A stretch of 47,427 bases of DNA from Reclinomonas americana ATCC 50394 (lineage: Eukaryota): assembly GCA_048213135.1 (NCBI GenBank), contig PS015121.1:175562-222988 (forward strand). The letters are read 5' to 3'. The notes beneath the pieces are model-generated. The model was given only the letters and a program-made list of their open reading frames with translations, had not been told where the DNA came from and did not search any database. Within the stretch, counting starts at the first letter, position 1. Each line of letters begins with the position of its first letter. Positions 37,566 to 47,427 of this stretch are shown here, piece by piece. A program made the translations under genes and the position numbers.

Positions 37566-40500
37566 TCAACATGGTTCAGTACCGAATCCGTACGCTGGCG
37601 CCGAGCTGCGCAGCTCGGGGTTGTAGGCTGCTGGACCCGGCGAAGCGTCGTCCATCTTGAGAGGCGTGCGAACGCCAAAGCTAAAGCTAAGGGTTGTGTC
37701 CAGCGGATGAGGATCATGTGCTCCCGGTCCCTGCACGAGCAATGGTGGGTGAGACCTACTGTTGTCGACGGGGAAGATGTTTTCAGCACATAGACGAACC
37801 ACTGGATTTGCATTTTCCGGCAGCGGCGTACGTTTGCCCATGGTCCATGCAGCACTGCGACGCTTGACGGGAGTCACCTCTGGACTGTACCTGCAAGACG
37901 TTTGTGGAGAAATGTAAGTCATGTGGTGCTCACAAAACCCCTGCGTGCAGTGCAGCACACGAACCATGCCGGGCCAGGGTTGATATCTGGCTTCGGTTCC
38001 GGATGCCGACCCTTCATCGACGCTCCTTCGGTCTTCCACAGAGTGCCACGCACGGCATATTCGCCGGGGCCAGGCAAGCGATCTGACAGGGCGCAACACT
38101 AATTGAGTGAGGTTGCACTGCTGAACAGCGGCATGCATCGCTTGACACACCTGTGCGCGGCTCCGGTAGTCGCTGAGCAATGGTGTACGCCGGTCCTTGC
38201 GGGCCAACATTGACGTCGTACGTGCCGGCTCCGGGAGTGTCAAACGCACCCTGCGCGCACGATCGACATACAAAGTAAGATGCCAATGAGCAGTTCCGAC
38301 TACCACCGTCGTCACGTGTCCACTCACCGTGTGCGTGCGAGACGAAGGGAATCCGCCCATTGTGTAGGCTGGAGTCGATGGCCGCATCGCTCCCAGCACG
38401 TCGTAAGCACCTGCATTTTCTCACGGGCGTGAGACTCCAATCCCAACTACAGCCGGACGTGCTGCCGTGTGTGTGTGTGTATCAAAACAACGAACCAGGA
38501 CCAGGAGCAGCCGATCCGTTGCCTATTTCCGCCGACACACAGGCACACATAAGTAAACTGCACGACACCAGAAAGGCAAAAGGAAACAACACGCACCGAA
38601 AACAGAACCGTGCACGCCTGCCATTGTGAACGCCGGGGTGCTACTCGGACGCACTGGCGAGTACGCACCAGGACCTACATCACAAGAAGCAACACTCCGA
38701 TAAGCAGAGAAGCGCTTCTGTGGTTGACAAGGTCCACACGAACCAGGGATGTTGTTAGAGCCAAATGTGTCGCCATGTCTGCCTGAAATCGAGTACGCAG
38801 GAGCCACGCCAACGGTGGTGCCCAAGTCGTCTGCGCCAAACAAAACGGTTCAGCACAGTGATCCGTGAGAGTAATGCATGGCAGCAAGATTGCTCTCACA
38901 TTGACCGGGACCAGCGTCACTGCCACCACCTGATGGCTCATGATGCCGTGCCGACATTGTCCAGCTCGGCGTTGCGGGGCGCACCGCAGCATCCGAGACC
39001 TGGTGAGCTCCAGGACCCGGTGCAAGCGACTCGTACTTGACTGGCGAGCGACCGGCCATGGAGAATGCCGGCGCCGACTTGCCAAGAGGCTCCAAGACAT
39101 CGTACTTGGGAGCCGGTGTTTGCATGGGTTCCTGCTCTGCGTGTCGCCCTGCAATAGTGAAACCGCCACTATGCGGTAGCGAGACGTCGTACTGGGCACA
39201 CAAGTGATTGTCAGCACGGATCTCACACGAGGTGCTGCGATATCGCGACTCACCGCTCCTGGACCAGGTGCCAGCTCAGCCTTCTGTGACGCTGGCAATC
39301 CACCAATCGTGAATGCAGGCGCCTTGGCCTTCCCTGCGTCAGCACTCACGTCGTACTGCGGTCCAGGTGTGTCGTTGCCTGGATCACACTCGTCAGCACT
39401 CACAACACTACTCTGCTTTCCTCTCTCTCTCTCTCTCCCTCTACCCTCTCTGTGACCGCACGCACCCTTGGGCTCCGGATACCGTCCACTGATCGTGTAT
39501 CCCGTCTTCGACAGTGTCGTTGGAATCTCATACGCACCGACACCTGCGCCAAGCATAGGGTGAGCACAGATCACCCCAATCCACGTCATGTCATAACCCA
39601 GAAAACACACCTGGTGTGGTGCTCTTGGCCATTGGATCGCCAAACGACGTCCGACCAGACAGCGTGTATGCCGGTGCCTTGCCAATCTCCGATCCCAGTG
39701 CATACTGACCCGGTCCGACTGGATTCGGTGCAGCAGATACACCCACTCGACTTCCCATTGTCCACGCCGGTGATTTCCGGAAGAAATCCTCAGCATGTGG
39801 TGTGTGCGCACCAGGTCCAGGTGCCTTGTCTTCGATCTTCATCGGTGGCCGCGACGAGATGCTGAATCCAGGACTGCCACTGCCAAACGGCTTCGCCACA
39901 TCATATTGCGGACCAGGTGTCGATTGTGGCTCTGCACGCACACCATCATCATCATCCGTGTGAGCACAACTTCACACCACCCCACCCGACTGCTCTTCAA
40001 AAGATTCGCAACTCTCCAACGATGTGCGATGACCCATCGTCCACCCAGGTGTCTGCGGCGGCATCTCGATCGTGTACTGCACATTCCAATCCACACAGTC
40101 AGTTCGCTGATGTGTGGCTGCTGCTGCTTCTGCGTTCATGCGACTCACCGCTCCTGGACCGGGTGCCAGCTCAGCCTTCTGTGACGCTGGCAGTCCACCA
40201 ATCGTGAATGCAGGCGCCTTGGCCTTCCCTGCGTCAGCACTCACGTCGTACTGCGGACCAGGTGTGTCGTTGCCTGAATCGCACTCGTCAGCACTCACAC
40301 TCTCTCCCTCTACTCTCTCTGCGACCGCACGCACCCTTGGGCTCCGGGTACCGTCCACTGATCGTGTATCCCGTCTTGGACAGTGTAGTTGGGATCTCAT
40401 ACGCGCCGACACCTGCACCGAGTAGGTGAGCACACACCACCCGAATCCACATCCCAGATAAATGAGTACACACCTGGCGTCGTGCTCTTGGCCATTGGAT

Positions 40501-43431
40501 CGCCAAACGACGTCCGACCAGACAGCGTGTACGCCGGTGCCTTGCCAATCTCCGATCCCAGTGCATACTGACCCGGTCCGACTGGATTCGGTGCAGCAGA
40601 TACACCCACTCGGCTTCCCATTGTCCACGCCGGTGATTTCCGGAAGAAATCCTCGGCATGTGGTGTGTGCGCACCAGGTCCAGGTGCCTTGTCTTCAATC
40701 TTCATCGGTGGCCGCGACGAGATGCTGAACCCTGGACTGCCACTGCCAAACGGCTTCGCCACATCATACTGCGGACCAGGTGTCGATTGTGGCTCTGCAC
40801 GCACACCATCATCATCATCCGTGTGAGCGCAACATCACATCACCCCACCCGTCTGCTCTCTAAAGAGTTCGCAACTCTCCAACGATGTGCGATGACCCAT
40901 CGTCCACCCAGGTGTCTGCGGCGGCATCTCGATCGTGTACTGCACATTCCAATCCACACAGTCAGTTCGCTGATGTGTGGCTGCTGCTGCTTCTGCATTC
41001 ATGCGACTCACCGCTCCTGGACCGGGTGCCAGCTCAGCCTTATGTGACGCTGGCAGTCCACCAATCGTGAATGCAGGCGCCTTGGCCTTCCCTGCGTCAG
41101 CACTTACGTCGTACTGCGGACCAGGTGTGTCGTTGCCTGAATCACACTCGTCAGTACTCACACTAGTCTGCTTATTTTTCTCTCTCTCTCTCTCTACCCT
41201 CTCTGTGACCACACGCACCCTTGGGCTCCGGGTACCGTCCACTGATCGTGTATCCCGTCTTGGACAGTGTCGTTGGAATCTCATACGCGCCGACACCTAC
41301 AAACACCGAGCACTGGGTGAGCACACATCACCCAAATCCACATCACACACAAGAAAGAGTACACACCTGGTGTGGTGCTCTTCGCCATTGGATCGCCAAA
41401 CGACGTCCGACCAGACAGCGTGTATGCCGGTGCCTTGCCAATCTCCGATCCCAGTGCATACTGACCCGGTCCGACTGGATTCGGTGCAGCAGATACACCC
41501 ACTCGACTTCCCATTGTCCACGCTGGTGATTTCCGGAAGAAATCCTCAGCATGTGGTGTGTGCGCACCAGGTCCAGGTGCCTTGTCTTCGATCTTCATTG
41601 GCGGGCGCGACGAGATGCTGAATCCAGGACTGCCACTGCCAAACGGCTTCGCCACATCATATTGCGGACCAGGTGTCGATTGTGGCTCTGCACGCACACC
41701 ATCATCATCATCCGTGTGAGCACAACTTCACACCACCCCACCCGACTGCTCTTCAAAAGATTCGCAACTCTCCAACGATGTGCGATGACCCATCGTCCAC
41801 CCAGGTGTCTGTGGCGGCATCTCGATCGTGTACTGCACATCCAAAGGTCATACAGTCAGTTTGCTGCTCCAGGGCGTCACACGCCTGCATTCATGCGACT
41901 CACCGCTCCTGGACCAGGTGCCAGCTCAGCCTTCTGTGACGCTGGCAATCCACCAATCGTGAATGCAGGCGCCTTGGCCTTCCCTGCGTCAGCACTCACG
42001 TCGTACTGCGGTCCAGGTGTGTCGTTGCCTGAATCGCACTCGTCAGCACTCACAACACTACTCTGCTTATTTTTCTCTCTCCCCCTCTACTCTCTCTGCG
42101 ACCACACACACCCTTGGGTTCCGGATACCGTCCACTGATCGTGTATCCCGTCTTCGACAGTGTCGTTGGAATCTCATACGCGCCGACGCCTGCATCGAGT
42201 AGGTGAGCACAGATCACCCCAATCCACGTCATGTCATCACCCAGAAAACACACCTGGTGTGGTGCTCTTGGTCATTGGATCGCCAAACGATGTCCGACCA
42301 GACAGCGTGGGGCCACCAGGTGACTTTGGGAGCGACACATCGTACGCGCCAGCTCCAGGAGAGTCTGTCTCATACTTTTCTTCGTAGCGACTGCAGCAGC
42401 AACGTCAGCATGGCAGAGTTGCGTGCACCGAGTGTGAGATGAGAAACGCACCCAGATATTGAGTACTGAGGAGCAGTGGGCTTGACTGTGTCGACTTTGG
42501 GCGGGTTGTCTGCGCAAGAAAGATCAATCAGGGATCGACGCGACCTCGCAGCATGCAGTGCACGAAACATGCGGCGGGACCGGGTGAATCGCTCCGCAGC
42601 TTGGTTTCAGGGCGCGCCTTGATGGATGCTTTGGGGCCCTCGCCAATCGTGGAAGGCTTCTGGTAGGTGCCCGGGCCAGGCGTTGTTGGCCCTACGAATT
42701 CTCTTGTTGAGACAAGGAGAACGGATGCAAGCACGACCGCAGTCACCGCACGTAACTTGCGGGCTCCTTGCCACGACCTGAAATCGTAAACCGTGGTGAC
42801 CGCTTCTGCATCGATGGTTCATATGCCCCTGAAAACACGCAGAGAAATACGACACATGAAGTTCAGCGTCGGATCTGCAACGCTCATGCCCCTCTGAGAG
42901 TCAACAAGCCTAACCTGGTCCAGGCAGAACCTCTGTGCATAAACAACACGTACGCGTCAGACCCCAAACAAAACGCGCCGACAGAGACACGAAGAGTGAA
43001 AGAGCGACATGCCTGTCTTCTCCGAGTACCGTCCGTAGAACGACGCCTTGGGACTCTCGCCGATGCACGACTTGACCGAGTACTGAAGATCTCGCACGAT
43101 GAGTGAAAAACACAGGATTTACCCGAGTCCGAGTGCACGCTCAACGCAACAGCGCCTGGGCCTGGCGTATCCGCGTTGCAACCGTCGATCGGACGCCCTC
43201 GTCGTCGCGTGTGCGGCTGCCAGCAACCAATCGCACATCAGCACGGGTGGGGCAATCGCCTTGTGGCACACACACACACACACGAGCGTCACTCACCTGC
43301 AACGGCCCGGCGAACGGCTTCGGTGCTGACTGTGGTCTGGCGCGAGTCTGCGACGAGCTTGGACGCGCGGACATGGGCGGAGTCGGAGGCCGGCGACCGG
43401 CACTCACAGGTCGCCGAGCTGGTGGCGGAGC
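37566..43431 (-). CDS. ODF3/SHIPPO (PGP-repeat, CIMAP1-like) axonemal protein with dozens of PGPGxY repeats; its first two exons lie at 44779-44945 on the inverted segment
   Basis: Recurrent TPGPGAY/PGPQY...PAFT(I/M)(G/S)GR units of about 30-35 aa throughout the spliced frame. Stop TGA at 37566. Confidence 0.88.
39240..42310 (-). repeat. Intragenic tandem duplication of a ~880-bp, 4-exon/4-intron unit (about 3.5 copies)
   Basis: Anchor gcgactcaccgctcctggacc at 39245, 40140, 41003 and 41895 (periods 895, 863, 892). Exons are near-identical and introns still alignable. Confidence 0.95.
42933..43012 (-). other. GC-AG intron followed by an 18-nt microexon (42915-42932)
   Basis: The frame YSEKT-E-VLPGPGAY is kept by CAG|GCATGT...CACAG; the nearest GT alternative shifts the frame. 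Confidence 0.7.
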
Positions 43432-43545
43432 CTGTCCGAACACACGCGACGCACGCATACATACATACGCCCGTGTTAGAGAGGAGGGGGGTGGGAGGAG
43501 AAATGAGGAGATCTTGACCAANNNNNNNNNNNNNNNNNNNNNNNN

Positions 43546-44406
43546 CTGTCGTTCACGCCCTCCACCTCGCCGACGGTGGTGCTCTGCGTGACGTGCTCCA
43601 GCAACCACTTCTACCTGTTTGATTGCGAGCAGTGGGCGCTCACGCCGTGGAGTGTGCGCAACGCGAGGAAACTGCCTCTGGAGTTCCTCCATCAGCCGGC
43701 TCGCATCACCTGGTCGGGATTCGATCCGCAGTCACCCGACCGATTGTTCCTCGCCTCGACTGCCTTCTTTTGTGCCATTGATGTCAGCAACGTTGCGCAG
43801 CAGCCGCCGCTTTCGCGATTTCGTCGTGCATCCCCGTCTCATTTCTGTGCTCTTGTTGCGTGCGTCTCCACAGGATGCGGTGGTTCCGCCGCGATTGCGC
43901 ACCGGTCTCACCAAGTTCAACCCGCCTCCGATGCGTGTACGCAAGGAGGGCGCACCGTTTGTCGAAGCCGAGATGGTGGCGCGTCCGGGGGCCTCCGGGT
44001 CGTCGGAATCCCCATCAGCTGCCGCAGATACGGTGAGTCACAGTGCTGCTCTGTGCGTGTCGGCTGCTGTGTCGCTCACACGATTCGTCACGTCTGCAGA
44101 AGAAGGGAAACAAAGTGGATGTGGAAATGGCGAGCGAGTGCAGCGATGGTCCACGCGACGAAAACGAGGCGGCGCATGTGTTTGGTGAACCCGGCTTCCG
44201 CTTTGTCAGACGGTTCGTGCGTCGTCTGCAGTGGGAGGATGGCGGTGGTGGAGAATGCCTTGGTGTTTACAGTTTTCTGCAGATATCAACCGCTGCTGTT
44301 TGTCGACTTTTTGTGCGAGGGCGAGATGGTGGTGGTCGAGCGTCCATGGGTATCCGTCATGGACGCATTGCCAGGCATGCTGCCACACAAGAGATACCGC
44401 ACATAA
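43546..44406 (+). CDS. UTP4: C-terminal exons of UTP4, on an inverted gap-bounded segment
   Basis: LSFTPSTSPTVVLCVTCSSNHFYLFD..LTPWS and RYQPLLFVDFLCEGEMVVVERPW..LPGMLPHKRY*, the UTP4/cirhin C-terminal signature. Confidence 0.85.
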   Translation: MSFTPSTSPTVVLCVTCSSNHFYLFDCEQWALTPWSVRNARKLPLEFLHQPARITWSGFDPQSPDRLFLASTAFFCAIDVSNVAQQPPLSRFRRASPSHFCALVACVSTGCGGSAAIAHRSHQVQPASDACTQGGRTVCRSRDGGASGGLRVVGIPISCRRYGESQCCSVRVGCCVAHTIRHVCRRRETKWMWKWRASAAMVHATKTRRRMCLVNPASALSDGSCVVCSGRMAVVENALVFTVFCRYQPLLFVDFLCEGEMVVVERPWVSVMDALPGMLPHKRYRT

Positions 44407-44778
44407 AGACCGCTTTACGAATTAAGGACGTCGAACGTCGAGAAAAGTGGGAATTCAGTGTGATGCTGGAAAGGGGGCACTCTCCCACTCCGTGCAGCAC
44501 GTGGGTGGGTGGGGCAGTCAAGTGCACGTCCATGCAACGGCCGTTTTGGAAAAAATATATAAGGCAGTTGACCGACACTTGATATTTTCGGCTCTGCGTG
44601 CAGAAAAGAGGCGTGGTGGACTCGCAAGAGAAGTCAGCCAGCCGCGTAGTGGACTTTGTGCCCTGTCTCCCTCCTGCGTGACCGTGCACTCTTCGCACCA
44701 ACGTCGCACTCTTTCCGGACATCTGTTCGTCCCGTCCAAACCGCCACCTCCCATCGGCCTGCGCCAACAACGTCTTAA

Positions 44779-44945
44779 ATGGTGAGTCGCACGCGTCTCC
44801 CGTGTACATAGAGTGTATGTCTATGCACGTGAAACAGAGAGTGTGTATCTCCATGCGGTTTTGTTCCCACACGGCACGCGACTGACTCTCTTCCGTCCCA
44901 AACTGACGAAAACAACAGGCCGACGCTGCCAAGGCACTCACTCCG
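44779..44945 (+). CDS. Probable first two coding exons (M|ADAAKALTP) of the ODF3/SHIPPO-like gene, on the inverted segment
   Basis: ATG|gtgagt...aacag|GCC..CCG|gtgcgt. After re-inversion the intron continues to the acceptor before APPPARRP at about 43431, in phase 0. Confidence 0.65.
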
Positions 44946-45433
44946 GTGCGTATTGCNNNNNNNNNNNNNNNNNNNNNNNNNNNNNNNNNNNNNNNNNNNN
45001 NNNNNNNNNNNNNNNNNNNNNNNNNNNNNNNNNNNNNNNNNNNNNNNNNNNNNNNNNNNNNNNNNNNNNNNNNNNNNNNNNNNNNNNNNNNNNNNNNNNN
45101 NNNNNNNNNNNNNNNNNNNNNNNNNNNNNNNNNNNNNNNNNNNNNNNNNNNNNNNNNNNNNNNNNNNNNNNNNNNNNNNNNNNNNNNNNNNNNNNNNNNN
45201 NNNNNNNNNNNNNNNNNNNNNNNNNNNNNNNNNNNNNNNNNNNNNNNNNNNNNNNNNNNNNNNNNNNNNNNNNNNNNNNNNNNNNNNNNNNNNNNNNNNN
45301 NNNNNNNNNNNNNNNNNNNNNNNNNNNNNNNNNNNNNNNNNNNNNNNNNNNNNNNNNNNNNNNNNNNNNNNNNNNNNNNNNNNNNNNNNNNNNNNNNNNN
45401 NNNNNNNNNNNNNNNNNNNNNNNNNNNNNNNNN

Positions 45434-47290
45434 CGAGCTCACGGGGTACTGGAAGAGCCGCGGGACGAGGCAATGGTGCTGCAACGGAATCGGAGGTTGA
45501 GCACGCATAACGAGGGGCAAACAAATCCAAACGCAATCACCTTTAGCAGATCCAAATTGAAGACGTGAATGCTGCCGGCCACGTTGGCCGCCGCCAGCCA
45601 CTGACCGTCGGGGGAGACTCGCATCTGGTGAATCAGCGACGTGGATCGGCGATCACTGGAGGCACCCTCGCTAGCGCCGCGAGCCGAAGCACTCTGACCG
45701 TCGGCCACGGTGCGATCTGCAACTCACGTAAGATTGTGCATTCAACAACAACAACAACAACCACAACGAGAGTGAACTGCACCTGGTGGCATGGAGAAGA
45801 TGTGTGTGAGGGCACCCGTTCGCACATCGACAAACAGAATGCTGCCACCGGGCACGGCCAGGAGCAAGGAGTTGCTGTCGGGAGTGAAGGCTGCCAGATG
45901 CGCGCACGCAGTGCTCAGCGAAAACGGTTCCGCTTCGTCACCATCGTCAAAGTCCGCGTCCAGCATCTCTACATCGCGTCGTTGCTTCACTTTCTGCAAG
46001 CGGACCTCGCCGTTCTGCGCGAATGAGAAGTGGAATTGAGGGGCAACAGCTGACAACAAGCCAATAAGACCACGACAGTTACGACAAACCTCCTGCTTCA
46101 GAATGCGGTACAAGCGCGTCCCTTCGCGGTCACGGCACGAGAACGCCAAGTATTCTCCATTCGGTGAAATGTCGGCACAGGAGATGTTGTAGGCCGACTG
46201 CACCGACGCGGAAACGAAGGAAGTGAGTGGAGGTGAGCGACAGAGCTGCACATCGCGGGAGGGTAGTAATGACCTTGCAGTAAAACTGCAGTAGCAGTTG
46301 GTGGTGTTGTGCGAGTGGCAATGCCGCGCCGACTTTGGCGTGCTCCAGCATCTCGTCATCATGGGCGGACGAACGCACAGCACCCAGTTGGTACAACTCC
46401 AGCATGTCGTCTCGCTCCACCAGCATCATTCGCGACTCGCGCGACAGGTGAATGATTCGGCGGTGCGGAAATGGTGGAACCTGTGCCGCAGAGGAGCGTG
46501 AATAGGAGCTGGCGGAAAAGAGTCATTCCGCAAGGCGAGGACACGTACGCACCTTGATGGGCTTTGAGGCATCAAAGAGTGCAATCGACACCATGTACAA
46601 CTGCGTATCAACGCTTCCGCTGCAAAGATACTGCACCACCAAAGTAGGTTGGTCGGTGGAACGCAGGGGGACAAGGCGTGAAAAAAACAGAGCAGACAGG
46701 GCGAACCTCACGACCAGTCGGAGTCATCAGCACCAACAACGCAGTAATTGCATGCGTGTGCGGTCTGCGCTTGCCGGCATACATCCACCCGTGACTCGAC
46801 TGCACCGAGCCGACGGTTTAGGAGAGTTGCATGCATGGTGATGACGGCACACACAAAGACGAGAGTACTCACATCTGCAATCTCCACTCGACGGTACATG
46901 ACAATCTTGTTGTCAACGCCACTGCGCGAGGTGGTTCAGCACCGCGAGACACGATTGCGCAGAAACAACAATTTGTACGAAACGTCGAAAACACCGTGGT
47001 TCGTGCACCCTCGCCCGCAGCCGCCACACAAGTCACATCCGCCGTATGATCCGTGAACGTGACCAACGCCACACCAACGCGTCCGTCCCAGAAGCGCGTG
47101 GACCCGCCCGAATCGCCAGTAACGATGGTCTCGTCACTGCGTCGACGATCAATAACCACTACTTCCCCTACCCACAACTACAATCGCACGCAACGGGAGC
47201 ATCATAATGGACCACACCACGGGCCGCCCACCGCGCCCCGCTCGCCCGCACTTGAGAGTCCACACGTTCTGCCCGGTGTGTGCATCATAC
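45434..47290 (-). CDS. UTP4: UTP4/cirhin (U3 snoRNP t-UTP WD40 subunit), central exons; 5' part lies beyond the right edge
   Basis: VVWSIMMLPDETIVTGDSGGSTRFWD, HTADVTCV..VFSTGVDNKI, RRPHTHAITAL, CADISPNGEYLAFS, VSPDGQWLAAAN..IHVFNL. Confidence 0.88.
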
Positions 47291-47319
47291 CTGGCGGTGC
47301 AACGAGGCAACGTCAGCCT

Positions 47320-47422
<103 letters not shown>

Positions 47423-47427
47423 CGACG

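Noticed and set aside
39240-42310. Repeat array as CRISPR or transposon
   Set aside because: Units are ~880-bp exon/intron cassettes of a eukaryotic gene; there are no spacers, terminal repeats or transposase.
35513-44956. Ciliate-like programmed gene scrambling
   Set aside because: Both inverted pieces are bounded exactly by N-gaps and show no pointer repeats, so assembly mis-orientation is simpler.

Overview
Gene-dense eukaryotic draft scaffold, most likely from a flagellated protist, with N-gaps and many short (~55-100 nt) spliceosomal introns; the ORF track therefore shows only exon fragments. I spliced 13 genes by hand: an axonemal DNAH6-like dynein heavy chain (5' part), a BIG/Sec7 Arf-GEF, a secreted nearly intronless animal-type haem peroxidase, a small bacterial-type SET protein, a 72-aa Gly/Ala microprotein, a TM-U-box-RBR E3 ligase fusion, a WD40 protein, a Med22-like protein, a TLC-domain protein, ATAD2/Yta7, TUG/ASPSCR1, an ODF3/SHIPPO-repeat protein with a ~880-bp four-exon tandem duplication, and UTP4. 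The strongest signals concern splicing. About one intron in five starts with a one-nucleotide-shifted donor (GTTGCG, plus GTTGAGT, GTTACGT, GTTTCGT), almost always after an exon that does not end in G. ATAD2 also carries a clear U12-type AT-AC intron. Two gap-bounded segments are inverted relative to their genes, probably a scaffolding artefact. All gene models are manual and have no transcript support.
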